Below, one piece after another: positions 12,605 to 25,610 of a stretch of DNA of 64,000 nucleotides (the stretch's first letter is position 1; every line of letters starts with the position of its first letter). The notes beneath the pieces are model-generated. The model saw nothing but the letters and a program-made list of their open reading frames with translations, was not told where the DNA came from and made no database searches. The position numbers and the translations under genes were made by a program. Source of the stretch: Octopus sinensis (Eukaryota); NCBI RefSeq assembly GCF_006345805.1, contig NC_043012.1, forward strand, positions 28,272,001 through 28,336,000, in the 5' to 3' direction.

Positions 12605-13035
12605 ATATGAATTATTCTTTTGTTCTGTTATTCTTTTACTTGTTTTAGCCATTTGACTGTGGCCATGCTGGAGCACAGCTTTTTTTGTCGAAGAAATCGA
12701 CTCCTGGATTTATTCTTTGTAAGCTTGATACTTACTCTATCGAACACTTCTGCGGAACTGATAAGTTACGGGGATGTAAACACACCAACATCGGTTGTCA
12801 AGCGATGGAGACGGGAACTAACAGACACAAACACACACATATAAATAAATACATATACACATATATACATATATATAATAGGTTTCTTTCAGTTCCCATC
12901 AACCAAATCCACCCAAAAGGCTTTGGTCTGCTCGAAGCTATAGAAGGAGACACTTGCCCAAGGTGCCACACAGCGGGACCGAACCCGGAACCATCTGGCT
13001 GGGAAGCAAGCTTCTTTCCATACAGCCACTCCTGC
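12605..13035 (-). mobile_element. SINE family 2 copy
   Basis: Full-length match to other copies. Confidence 0.85.
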
Positions 13036-13044
13036 ATCTGCAAA

Positions 13045-13280
13045 ACAAACAATTTATTTACTGCAGTACATGTGTACAATACAATGAGAACTATATCGGC
13101 CAAACAAGAACAAAATTAAGGAACCGAGTCAGACTACATAAACAACAAATTAAGAATCCACCCTTAAGTAATTTCCATATAGAGAATATAGGAATATTTA
13201 TGCGCATAGGAAATTTAAAGTATTCCTTTTTCAAAATGAAAGAAGAGTATTGTTAATTACAGAAGATAAAAAAGGAATGT
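13045..13280 (+). mobile_element. Penelope-like GIY-YIG endonuclease fragment
   Basis: FIYCSTC..NENYIGQTRTKLRNRVRLHKQQI. Confidence 0.65.
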
Positions 13281-13531
13281 GTTATAAAGATTTTCAATGT
13301 GGTGACTGTCGTCACTGTACATTAATACTACTATACAGATAACTTTATACCATGTGTGTTTGAAAAGCTGGAGATAGCAAAAGTCCATTCATAAAAATCT
13401 TCTTCTGTCAGGTCTGATTTAGCGACTATTTTTAAGGATTACTTTTAATTAATAATTTTTAATTTACAAAATTTTTTTCAAATTTTGTGAATATATCAAG
13501 AAAATTTCCTTCATTTCTTTACACTCACACA

Positions 13532-13570
<39 letters not shown>

Positions 13571-13749
13571 ACACATAGACACACACACACATGTATGTGT
13601 GTATATGTGCATGCGTGTGCGTACGTGCGCGCGAATGTATGTCTTTATTCTGTCTGTGATTATTTAAATTCTTCCTCTGAGGAAGGAGCTGGTTTCTGAC
13701 AAAGATAAAAAGTTCTATCGTTGAAATGTAAATAACGAAAGCAATGTCA

Positions 13750-15050
13750 CATTTTAAACATGAGAAAAGTTTTGCATAGTTTTACGGTTCCTCTTACAGA
13801 TTGTATTAGTAATATGCGAGTTGACTGATTTCTTTTTCTGAAAACCCTAGCTTATCCAGATTGTCATTTAGGTATTTACTCACAAAAACAAGTGCGCCAA
13901 TGACTATTTGTGTAAATGTTAGTTTAAAATCTGAATTTGAATAAGGAAGCTAGAGGTTTCGAAGTAATTGTCCGTTATAATCCTATTTCTCTTTGATTTT
14001 CAAAGAGATATTCACATCAGCAGGACAGCTGACCTCTATGATGGTACATACTTTTTCTTGTCTGTCCCACACAAAAAATATCCAGCTTGTTCTGCTTACA
14101 CTTGACAGAGGTTTTCATGGGAATGTTCCGCCAGTATTCCTTGTTTAGATATTTGTGTGTATAGTCAATAACAGAGGGATTCTTTATATTTATTCCAGGA
14201 CAGCCTCTTTGTCTGAATGTCATTATATATTGATTTGTGACACTGTCGTATCGCATAAGGAGATAATACCTTGATAACAATTTTGGGTAGCTGTAGGATA
14301 TCTTTCATAGAGATATGGCATAATATACATTTTCAGTTGCATCTTGGAGCTCCAAGTGCTTCACTGTCTCTTTCATTTATTAGGTATTTCGTAACAACCT
14401 CCTGTTCTTGGATTACAAATGCACAACTTTCGAGGTGACGTGATGTAGCGGTCACGAATTCTAGAGAAGCTTCGTTTCATGTCGATATTACTGTCTTCTT
14501 CAAATCTTCAAGTCTTCGGGAAACATACCTATGCATAGTCTTTTTGGGATATACTGAATATTTCACATCCAGTCTTCTTTGAGGTGTTAGTCAGGCTATT
14601 TTGGGTTTGCATGGGAGGTCATGAAGAAGTGATTACTTTCTGGGGATCTCGCTGCTAACGCGTAGAATATTATTCTCTTCACTTTTCAGCACCAAGTTAA
14701 TGTATTTACTTTTGCAGTGGTGTCTGAGAGAGACTATACGAATTTGAAGTCTGTCTGCACTAATCTCTAGCCTCTACTTTCTTAATTTCTTCTTAAGTAA
14801 AACCTAAGAACAGGTAGAACACTATTTCAGTGGAGATTTCTAGTTGATGTCATTACAGTGCGTGTTTTAACGTCTATGGAGTGAATTTCCTCTACAGACC
14901 AGCCAAATATCCTAAATATTGGAATCAGCACTATTTCTGAAAATACATTGTGGGATATTGTCTTGTAAAAGGAGAGTTTCGGCTGCCATATATTTTTATA
15001 GTTCGGGCATAATATTCTCGGGTCACATGTATGTATGTCACTATTCAATT
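13750..15050 (-). mobile_element. Dong/R4-type LINE 3' portion (a distinct subfamily)
   Basis: FGWSVEEIHSIDVKTR; YITSHLESCAFVIQEQEVVTKYLI; KCILCH; SRYYLLMRYD; KEYWRNIPMKTSVKCKQNKLD; EVSCPADVNI; IVIGAL. Confidence 0.75.
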
Positions 15051-15147
15051 TATTTCAAGATTTCTTGCCAATAGAGAAAGAATCATTTTCTAACCTAGAT
15101 CATTGGAATTTCAGCATCAACAGCAAGGTATTTTCGTTTGTATATAT

Positions 15148-15255
15148 GTATGTGTGTTGTCTGTCTGTCTGTCTGCCTGTCTGTCTGTCTGTCTATCTGT
15201 CTGTCTGTATGTATGTATGTATGTATGTATGTATGTATGTATGTATGTATGTATA
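15148..15255. repeat. (CTGT)n-(TATG)n tetranucleotide repeat
   Basis: Read directly. Confidence 0.95.
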
Positions 15256-15864
15256 TTAAAAGGGTGATAGCAATGTCTGATAAGCTACAGAAGTCTTAGA
15301 TCTTGAGTTAGTGTCTCTTACATGTATTCGTCATTGAATATGGTTCTTCATTTTCTATACTATATATATATATCCATTAAATATTGAGGTTCTTAAGAAG
15401 TATTTTGTGTTTTTATTTATAAATGTATTTACAGCTGGTATTCTTTTATAAATTTCATTACTAAATGTTGTTATTTAGTTTAAGTCAGGTTTGATCAAAT
15501 ACAGTGTTCAAAGGCGTCTCAGTTACAAGCAAAGTGGGCTTTTTTTATGTATAGTGAGTTTATGACTACCTTATCTACCTTATCATTTAAGAAGGGTGGG
15601 TTCTACTGTAGTTGCTGTTGTAACTCTAAATATTGGTGTGTGTATTTATTCACTCTACCTCAGCCATCATTTTATGCAAGACAAACCCTCCCTGTACCGA
15701 ATTTTCTAAAATGATAGTGTCCAGTAGAAGAATATTGATTGCAACAAGTAAAGTTTACCTGGTGTTACTACAGAATGTGAGAATGTAACTTAAAATGTTT
15801 GATGAATGTTTAACCTTATAACAATCTCTCTCACGTTTAAGCCATTAATCTAATACTGAATTTT

Positions 15865-15903
15865 TCGTTTCTCTCTCTCTCTCTTTTTTTTTTCTTTTGG
15901 AAG
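15865..15903 (+). promoter_or_regulatory. 3' splice acceptor of the Wnt16 last exon
   Basis: (CT)n and T-run polypyrimidine tract followed by TTGGAAG|GTT, in frame with the Wnt ORF. Confidence 0.75.
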
Positions 15904-16368
15904 GTTGTTGCAAAGGAAATGAAAATGCAATGTCGCTGTCATGGAGTGTCAGGATCATGCGCGGTGAAGACTTGTTGGCGAAGTCTTCCAATGTTCCACG
16001 AAATCGGAGCACGTCTCAAGAAATTATATGAAACTGCCGTGATCGTTGTGTCCCGTTCACGGAAAAAATTACGACGTCGTGACAAAACTAAGCGCCACTT
16101 GCCTATTCCCAAAGACAAACTTGTGCATATGCACCGTTCTAGAAATTACTGTCGAACCGATCCGAGCCGTGGTATAACAGGCACAAGAGGACGCCTATGC
16201 AACAAGACACTCGACGGTCCCGGAAGTTGCAGTCTTCTTTGTTGTGGTCGTGGTTACAATACGCAAGTAGTACGACACGTCAATCGATGTCACTGTAAAT
16301 TCCATTGGTGTTGCTTTGTCACGTGCGAATCATGTGAAAGTATGGTAGATGTGCATACGTGCAAGTAA
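15904..16368 (+). CDS. Wnt16: Last coding exon of a Wnt ligand, best match Wnt16 (VVAKEMKMQCRCHGVSGSC...CESMVDVHTCK*)
   Basis: Open frame with the Wnt CxCHGxSGSC lipidation motif and the cysteine-rich C-terminus (CCGRGYNT, CHCKFHWCC). GVSGSCAVKTCW, RKKLRRRDK, YNTQVVRHV and CESMVDVHTCK match my recollection of Wnt16 better than other subfamilies. A polypyrimidine tract and AG (15902-15903) precede a phase-0 start at 15904; the exon ends TAA TAA. Confidence 0.9.
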   Translation, partial: VVAKEMKMQCRCHGVSGSCAVKTCWRSLPMFHEIGARLKKLYETAVIVVSRSRKKLRRRDKTKRHLPIPKDKLVHMHRSRNYCRTDPSRGITGTRGRLCNKTLDGPGSCSLLCCGRGYNTQVVRHVNRCHCKFHWCCFVTCESCESMVDVHTCK

Positions 16369-16577
16369 TAAGGCACAATGTATGGAAGACAACAACAGAT
16401 TAAGAAATTATAATGACAATTGTTATCACAATTATAACGCTTTTGTTTACATCCACAAAAGTTCAGACATTTCTTGGAGAGAGCTATTATAGATACAGTC
16501 AATTCTAGTATATAACTGTTACATGTTTTAATTTAAAGACATATTTCTTAGATAAAAGCATTTATACATACTTATAA

Positions 16578-16792
<215 letters not shown>

Positions 16793-17013
16793 TCGTCAGT
16801 GCATCATATACCTGAAAAAGAAGCACACTCTAAAAGTTAGTGTAGTAATGTAATTACAAGTTATATTTATGTCTGGACATATATCTCTAGACAGTACACA
16901 TGCAAATATATATATAAGATCATCAACAATTTAGATTCAAATGAATATGGTACTTAATTTAGATGCACCAGAATTTTGTATGGTGTTACCCATAAAAATT
17001 TGCGGGGTGATTA

Positions 17014-17556
17014 TAATAAAAAATAAGCAACAAGAATGATTCCGGTAATTTGGTACAATTGTATAAATAAGTGATAGTTTTGTTTCCCTTACCCTTTGTA
17101 AAAGAATTTAATGACCTCTCGACACTGACCTAGTTTTCTTCTCACCACATAGAAAAATTGGCTTTTTGTTTAGTGACAACCTGAATTCCTTTATGGTATT
17201 CTGAATTCCTCCTCTTTCTACAACCAACTTGAATTCCTTTTATGGTATTCTAAAACCTTCCCTTACCCTCATTCCTAAAACTAAAAAATTCGTATAGCAG
17301 TCAGTTGCAAGCAGAGTTTTGGTCAGTTAGCATCTGAACCTCATATGTTCCTAAAATTTATATCTGCATCTTTATCTGTATATTTACCTTCCCTAAAATG
17401 TTACTACTTGATTTGAAAGCTTTTATATTATTGGAAAACCTATATAAATTGGCTGAAGATTACTCGACATCTTAAATATTTACAGCTTTTAATAAAATGT
17501 TGTAGTATGAAACAATTGTACCAAATTACCGGAATCATTCTTGCTGCTTATTTTTG

Positions 17557-17560
<4 letters not shown>
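17014..17560. repeat. MITE-like element with 49-bp inverted arms, TA-flanked
   Basis: Arms 17014-17062 and 17512-17560 match at 47 of 49 positions; TA on both outer sides. Confidence 0.7.
17015..17020 (+). promoter_or_regulatory. Candidate polyadenylation signal for Wnt16
   Basis: First canonical AATAAA I find after the stop codon; a second is at 17491-17496. Usage cannot be determined from sequence. Confidence 0.3.
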
Positions 17561-17625
<65 letters not shown>

Positions 17626-18180
17626 GTGTATAAGTACATACAAGCACTCTCATGCACGCACACATTCACATACACACATATATGTTATTACACCGGTTGC
17701 AGAATAAGAAACTATGGTCAAGACAGTCGGTAGGCGGTGTATGTATCTGGCTGGAATAGAATGACGTTCTTGTTTGCCGGATGGATCATGACTCAGAAGG
17801 AAAATTCCAACCCTTCTGTAAATTGTAAGAGGTGACATCACTCTAAAATAATTGGAATTAATTGGAAATAACTGGATGAAAAAGTTGATACTAACGACTG
17901 AGTTGAACAAGATATTAGAGGAGCAGACATAGGCTCTTGGTGAATAGAGGCAAGAGTGGGAGGAGGTGGGTGAAAGAAAAGGTGTGGAGCGTGTAGGTTA
18001 AAAGGTGGTGAACGATATTAGAATGCATGGTGCTACACAATGTGTAAAGTATAAAAATGTAAACTTATTAAATACATTATAAAATACATAAAACCAAGAA
18101 ATCGGACCAAGGCTCGAATGTTCTGGATGATTATTCGCTGAGAATGTTTAGATAGTAAAGGTTTGGGTATTAGCTGCATG

Positions 18181-18674
18181 TACGGGATGTCCCAGAATCT
18201 ATGTCAATGAAATCGGGCAAATTAAAATAAAATTGACAGAATGTATTGTTTATTACTTATTATGATACCAAAATAAATAGATTTATAAATCTTAGCTCAA
18301 AACTTAGTTGAAAATTTTTAACATGTGCTCCGTCCCTGTGAATTTCCAATCATACCGTTGCAAAACACATTTTGACACTGCTAATTGAATGCGTTCTTTC
18401 AGTTCAGCTAAACTATTGCTCCATCTTGGAGATGGAGGTAGAGGAAATGATTGTAGCCAAATTGGAAAAAGTTGTTGTGGACAGATAAGCGGGATCCAAC
18501 AGCGATGAAAATAACATTATCAAAAAATTAGCAAAATTATCAAATTATAAGCAAAATTAAAAATTTATACACTTTTAACACGTATTAAACATATATAAAA
18601 GTATTTAACACATATTAAACATAAATAAAAGTGAGTTTCACTGAAATAGATCGTTAACTCTGAGACACCCTGTA
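18181..18674 (-). mobile_element. Tc1/mariner-derived non-autonomous remnant
   Basis: Ends TACGGGATGTCCCAGA and TCTGAGACACCCTGTA resemble degenerate TIRs; internal LAELKERIQLAV resembles a transposase C-terminus. Confidence 0.4.
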
Positions 18675-18849
18675 CAATGGGTTACGTGGGTATCTGTACC
18701 TTACCTAGATTTTAAAATATATTTCTAAGCTTAAGAAACCTACATGTGAGCAAAAAGTGTCATTTTGAAGTGTGTATCATGCCGCGAAAAAGTCATGTTA
18801 GCTTTGAGTGCGACCAGCAACTGGTGAGGATTAGAAACAGAGCCTGATA

Positions 18850-19400
18850 TCCTTACTAGACCAATCCCAAGTATTTGATTGAAATATCTAAGTTGAGATC
18901 ATTGGAAGGTACAGTATTCATGTGTGTCAGGAAGCCTTACTAGTTGCCACTCTGCCATTGGAGGGCGTGAAAAAGAAATACCACCGTGTTGTAGATCTCA
19001 GCATTAGATACTTCAACGATTCTTCCAAGATATGAGAAGGCAAGCTTCTTATATCTTTCCAATACATTTCAAAGTAATTTCAATACATTTCGAAAGGTGT
19101 AACATTGCGACACCATAGAAAATCATGTGAAAATGCTGAGAAAATTGTGGACGCGGTGAAAGGGATAAGTGGGTATGGAAATATTTAAGTAAACACTGGA
19201 TCTGATACACTGTAGGCTAGCGCTTGTCTCCTCTTATTCAAACGGCAGAACAGATTCATGTGACTATCCCAGACATAGGATCGAAAATCAACCCTTGCAG
19301 TGAATTCATCTTCCATATCCAGGCAAACACCCAGGTGGGTCGAGTGAAAATGTCAGATTCGCTGCACTTGAGCCTATTTTGTGGCATGACATAATTTACA
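18850..19400 (-). mobile_element. Decayed RTE-like LINE fragment
   Basis: Weak motifs LYGVA.., FEMYW, ISWKNR..SNAEI across frameshifts. Confidence 0.4.
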
Positions 19401-20049
19401 CATTTGGTGACACTTTTTGCTCACATATAGATTTCTGAAACTTATTCGATCAACAATCAGACTGAAGCCTAATAACCTTGTGATCGATTGTACATACATC
19501 TAACACCTGACTGGGTTTTCAAACCTGTATTGGAGACTGATTAACGTACTGTATACTTATGCGGTTGTTGCCATCTAAACGAACAATCATCTCAAATATT
19601 CTAGCCTTGGTGCAATAATTCGATGTTATAATATTTTATGGATTCTTTGATATATTTAGTATTTTTATGTTTAGGATACTGTATTTATTATGTTGTGTTA
19701 TACATTGAAATATCATATCCCGATGCATTCTCTGGTATTCCCTAGCATCTTTCTCTTCAATCTCTTTCCCCACCTTACTCAACTGAGTATATCTACTCCC
19801 AAAAGTTCATGTTCCAGATGGAAACAAAAGCTGGTCAATTTTTTCATGCGAGTCATGATCCACTCTTCTCAGATGTGATTTGAGTTTGTGCCCAGCCATC
19901 AAGATACTTGTGTTTATTCGCTATCTTGGACATCGTTGTTTATTCATCACTCAGTCAGGGGTCTGATTGATATGCTGGAAATTGGGGAAACTCCAAAGTA
20001 ACAGTCAATTGTACTAATATGGAATAATAAGTTATTCTACACGAATGTA

Positions 20050-21142
20050 GGTAATTTTGCCACCGGTAAATTCGCTACCGAAACTGACCTCCTCACATCG
20101 GAATCACTGGACGCAGGTCCACACGGCTGAGTGGTAATGCCCAACCAGGTTACGAAATTTATTGTTGCATCCCTCACAAATGTTATTCGTGCGTAGATTT
20201 CCATTCACTGTGGCGCCATGTTGATTCCACAACTCCGGCGGAAACATGGATGGAACGTGGCGAAGATTCATAACCAATCCACCTGCCTCGCGTCGACGAT
20301 ATAAGCCAAAGACTTGAATCAAAATATTCCAAAAGGTCTTGCGCTTCGTTAGGTACGATGTTCCTCAGAACTTGCATCCCTGCTTGTGGCAGTGGTAAGA
20401 AAGCCAGATCATCGAGCATTCCAACAAAATTTTGGAATTCTTCAAGTCTAGGTCCTGGATTTTCCGATACGTGCTTTGAGTCAACTGGTAAAGACAACCC
20501 CGACTGCTGACATTCCGCCCCAAAACGGTTTGCACGGAGCGAAGAACGGCATCCTCGGAATCCGTCATGATGGTGTCAAGTTGTAGCGGTAAGGAAGGTT
20601 GTTGGCATTTATTGACAAGAGCTTGGAGGAGTTCTTCGTACGTTTCACGATGTTTATTTGGCAGCATGGCGGAAACCAAAGTTACGTAATTGTTTCCGAG
20701 TGGGACACGTATTACACTGAGTTGGGAGAAAACACCAGGCGCCATCGCGAAATTCTCGCCCATGAACCAATGATAGGCTCTTGTCAGTTCCCTAATTCCC
20801 TGTTCAGTTGAAAAAGCAAGGATCCTGTCATCGCGGTTTGGGCCATTAGCGTATAACACGAAATGTTCTCCGCGAGTTGTTGTTTTATATTCCGTTTCAT
20901 GACATCGCGTACCTTGACCATTTTCATCGGTCGTCATCAGTCGGATGATCACGTATTTGTCCTGGTTTTGGTTCATCTCGCTGAAGGTCGGTGGACAACT
21001 TTTCGCGACATCATAATCCCGTCGGACACAAACTCAATACATCTGGGTCTGTCCTATCTTTTTCTTCGTATGCATATGCCCGAGTGGCGAAAAAACCGGG
21101 ATCGAAATTTCTGGGGACGAATTTTCCGGTGGCGAAATTACC
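20050..21142 (-). mobile_element. Mutator-like (MULE) transposon with TIRs; truncated, frameshifted transposase
   Basis: TIRs GGTAATTT(T/C)GCCACCGG at both ends. RILAFST..WFMGENF..FSQL..IRVPLG..IMTDSEDA..GCLYQLTQS..MFPPELWN..RTNNICEG..NKF. No clear TSD. Confidence 0.85.
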
Positions 21143-22354
21143 GAACACCATTTTACACTACTATGGTATTGAGTACTCTTTCACACATTCTTTACAACTT
21201 ATATATATATATATATGCACACACGCACGCACGCGCGCGCGTAGGCACGCACACATTCTTAAATAATTACTCTTACAAGACAAGTTCACTTTCCTTTTCC
21301 TTTCTTTTTCATCAGAATGACACTGGGAATATTGGGGAGCATGAGGGGACAGTATCGTTATACATATGTGTGAAAAGATAAGGTTTGGATAGTACAGGGT
21401 GGTCGTCAATTGCAGCATAGATCAGTCAGTTTGCTGGTCACGTGATTTTGAATTACTTGCGTGTGTATAGAATGTGAGGACGAGTAAATGCGAATTGTAG
21501 TATTAAGGACGGATTGAGAGAGTTTGTTATCAAAGAACAGAGACAAAGGGGTAGTATTGTCTGTGATGAAACAGAGGTGAAGGAGATGTGAGAAGAGGAA
21601 TTGTATGTCCATGTAATAAATAAATGAAATAAATTAATAAGTATATCAATCAATGAGTAAAAGTGTAAATGAACGAGCAGATCTTGGTGGTTATAGTTGC
21701 CAGTATCATCGTCAAAACACTAAGCACTTTTCTCATGAAGCCGTTTGTCATTAAATTCGTAATCCTTATTAAAATGTTAGAGAATATTAAAATATGAGAG
21801 TAAAAATATTGAATTTAATTTAATGACAAACGGGTTTATGAGAAAAGTATTTAAAGTATAAAAGGAATGATCTTCAAAGATTAAACTTTAGAAGGTTGGA
21901 TTAACGGTCATCTTATACAAATTAAATCAGGGACGATGATCATTACTTAATAATATTAAACCAATAAAACTTTTTGAAGATTAATAGATTAAAACAATTA
22001 AACAGAGTAACAAACTACAACAGTGTCTAATTGTTTTAATCTCGTCATATTGGTTAACTAGAGATAATACTTTGTATGATAGTAGCTTAAAAGCATTTTT
22101 CTTAGCTCCAAGATCACTGGAATTTCTCTCGACTTAAGTATTTATTCTCGATATTCCATATGTTCTAAACCTTTTTCTCAAAAGCCTATTTATCAGTAAA
22201 TAAAAATATGTAACTGTCTCATTCTAACGATTCAATATACTCCACCGGATGATGGTGAAAATTATGATCGATCTGGTTATTCTTTCACGTATTTATTTTA
22301 TTTAATCTGCAATCCATTCCTCATCTATTTCTTTTCTTTCAATATTTTTAAAAG

Positions 22355-22500
22355 GCCCGCCGAGGTTGACTTTGGTTTTCATCCTTTCGGGGTTGATAAA
22401 TTAAGTAACAGTTGCGTACTGGAGGTCGATCTACTCGACTGCCCCCTCCCACCAAAATTTCGGGCCTTGCACCTAGAATAGAAAAGAATATTTTTAAAAG
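22355..22500 (+). mobile_element. 5'-truncated SINE family 1 copy
   Basis: Core TTTCATCCTTTCGGGGTTGATAAATTAAGT. Confidence 0.7.
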
Positions 22501-22554
22501 GCTCACATTCAGTTACCTTTACAGGCCTATATTTTATTCCAAGCAATAAAGTCC

Positions 22555-22577
22555 TCTCTCTCATTCTCTCTCACTCT

Positions 22578-22637
<60 letters not shown>

Positions 22638-22655
22638 CTCTCTCTCTCTTTCTCT
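22555..22655. repeat. (CT)n microsatellite
   Basis: Read directly. Confidence 0.95.
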
Positions 22656-23557
22656 GTACGCCAAAACGTCCAAACCCCAAAACACCAAGTATTCTCTATC
22701 ACAAATAATTTATCACTTTCACTCTCTTCAACTTTCTTTACATTCCAAGTAATTCAGAGTTTACTGTTCAGAGCTTACAAGCCAATCCTACAATTGACCA
22801 TCATTGCATCTCATCCATATAATACCCCCTCTCTCTCTCTCTCTCTCACACGAAGATACATATGTGTGCGTGTATGTTTGTGTGGTTGTATGTGTGTCTA
22901 TGTGTATGTGTGCGTGCGTGCGCGTTCTATTTTTTTGAAGCCTAAAAAATTTCAGAAACTGTAACTCAACCGTTCAATACAAATAAAATAGTTTATAAAA
23001 TTGTATGTTTATATAAGTATTCTTGGATATAAATGCAATGAATAAGCATTTAAAGCCTACTGGGCAACTTATTTTTAAAATAGCAGTTGGATGAAAAATG
23101 AACTGACCGTAACGGAAAAGAATATAAACAATAGCTGAATCAAAAAAAAAAAAAAATTGTATCTTCTTCCTATATAATAAAACGCAAAGTGTGTCGCTGT
23201 CGGTCACGCTTGCAGGCAAAGACGAGTAAAATAACAAACGGAATGGTAGTCGGTTGACAGTCAGAGGCGGCCAACCGCAGGTGAACTGTAGTGAGCTCTG
23301 AATCCACCAGCATTTTAATTAAAATTTTTTTAAATTAAATTTTTTGCAAATTATATTTATCAATTTCACACACACACACACACACACACACATACAGTAA
23401 AATGATTTCATCGATATAAAAAATGTAAAGAAGCGTACGCGCGCGCACACATTCATGCACTTAAACAGGCATATGTATGCACATACATAGATTTACATAA
23501 ATAGGTATGCGTATGATGAGTATATATATATATAAACATATATTCATGCATATCTTC

Positions 23558-23687
<130 letters not shown>

Positions 23688-23708
23688 ATATTATATATAT
23701 ATATATAT

Positions 23709-24075
23709 AGGCGCAGGCGTGGGTGTGTGATAAGAAGCTTGCTTTCCAACCACGTGGTTCCAGGTTCAGTCCCACTGCGTGGCACCTTGGAAGAGTGTTT
23801 TGTGAGTGGATTTGGTAGACGAAAACTGAAAAAAGCCCGTGGTATATATATGTGTGTACACTTGTGTGTCTGTGTTTGTCACCCCATCATCGCCTGGCGA
23901 CTGATATTGATGTGTCTACGTCCCCGTAACTTACCGGTTCGGTAAAAGATACCAATAGAATATGCACTAGGCTTACAGAGAATAAGTCCTGGAGTCGATT
24001 TGTTCGACTAAAGGTGGGGCTCCAACATGGCCGAAGTCAAATGAATGAAACAATTAAAAGAATATAAGAGTAAAA
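23709..24075 (+). mobile_element. SINE family 2 copy with a short internal deletion, preceded by long (TA)n
   Basis: Lacks the CTACTATAGCCTCGGGCCGACC segment seen in other copies. Confidence 0.85.
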
Positions 24076-24353
24076 TAATATATATATATATACTGAGAAA
24101 AGAGTCGTCTGAATTTTGGGGAAAACATCTTTTTATTTCTTCATTATTATTAGCGGTTTCATTCGTTTCTCAATATAATTTCGTGAATGTACAGCAGATA
24201 TTTTGGGGGTGGAGTTTATAAGAAGAGAACATTGTTTTTTTTGTTTTTTTTCAATGAGAGTCTCTGACAATGGAGACAGATAGAAATATAGGTAGGTGGA
24301 TAAGCTGATAGATTATTAGATAGATAGATAGATAGATAGATAGTCAGATAGAC

Positions 24354-24421
<68 letters not shown>

Positions 24422-24661
24422 GGGATCCTCCTTCCTACTCACCATTCATTCATTTATTTAGTCATTTACCATTGTACTGGAATAGGTTTAAGGATGGTGA
24501 CTTCTTAAAAAAAAAACACAAAAAACAGGTGTGGTGTGGTCATCACTGAAAATGTTTTTGCTTTCTTTCTCTCTTCCCCTCTTTGTTTTCTTTTTTCTTC
24601 ATTTTTCTCTTTCCTTCTTTTCTCCTCTTTCTTTTTCTCTTCTTTGAGTTATATTTAGAAT

Positions 24662-25057
24662 GTACTCTTTACTCTTTTACTCTTTTACTTGTTTCAGTCA
24701 TTTGACTGCGGCCATGCTGGAGCACCGCCTTTAATCGAGCAACTCGACCCCGGGACTTATTCTTTTGTAAGCCCAGTACTTATTCTATCGGTCTCTTTTG
24801 CCGAACCGATAAGTAACGGGGGACATGAACACACCAGCACCGGTTGTTAAGCAATGCTAAGGGGACAAACACAGACACACACACACATATATATATACAT
24901 ATATACGACGGGCTTCTTTCAGTTTCCGTCTACCAAATCCACTCACAAGGCTTTGGTCGGCGCGAGGCTATAGTAGAAGACACTTGCCCAATGTGTCACG
25001 CAGTGGGAACCATGTGGTTGGTAAACAAGCTACTTACCACACAGCCACTCCTGCGCC
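24662..25057 (-). mobile_element. SINE family 2 copy
   Basis: Full-length match. Confidence 0.9.
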
Positions 25058-25218
25058 TTCTCTTTTCTTTCAAACATTCAATTTTGGAGAGAATTTTTTT
25101 GATGAAATGTAGTTCTCTCTGAAAGATTCATTAGTATAATGTTTACAAATTAAAAATCTAAAATAGATAAATGAACAAATGAATAAAATAGAATTAATAT
25201 ATATATATATATATATAT

Positions 25219-25610
25219 ATTCTTTTACTCTTTTACTTGTTTCAGTCATTTGACTGTGGCCATGCTGGAGTACCGCTTTTAGTCGAGCAAATCGACCCCA
25301 GGACTTATTCTTTGTAAGCCTAGTACATAAGTACTCTTTTGCCGAACCGCTAAGTTACGGGGACGTAAACACACCATCATCGATTGTCAAGCGATGTTTG
25401 GAGGGACAAACACAGACACACAAACATATATACACACGTACATATATATACATACATACGACGGGCTTCTTTCAGTTTCTGTCTACCAAATCCTTTGGTT
25501 GGCCCGAGGCTATAGCAGAAGACACTTGCCCGAGGTGCCACGCAGTGCGACTGAACCCGGAACCATGTGGTTGGAAAGCAAGCTACTTACCACACAGCCA
25601 CTCCTACGCC
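25219..25610 (-). mobile_element. SINE family 2 copy
   Basis: Full-length match. Confidence 0.9.

Noticed and set aside
13672-13760. Hammerhead candidate starting CTGAGGA
   Set aside because: GAAA and GTC follow, but I could not form stem I or a plausible stem II.
17690-18000. Possible CR1/L2 3' remnant (similar hints at ~21300-21600 and ~58350-58750)
   Set aside because: Similarity is too weak to support by eye; needs a repeat-library search.
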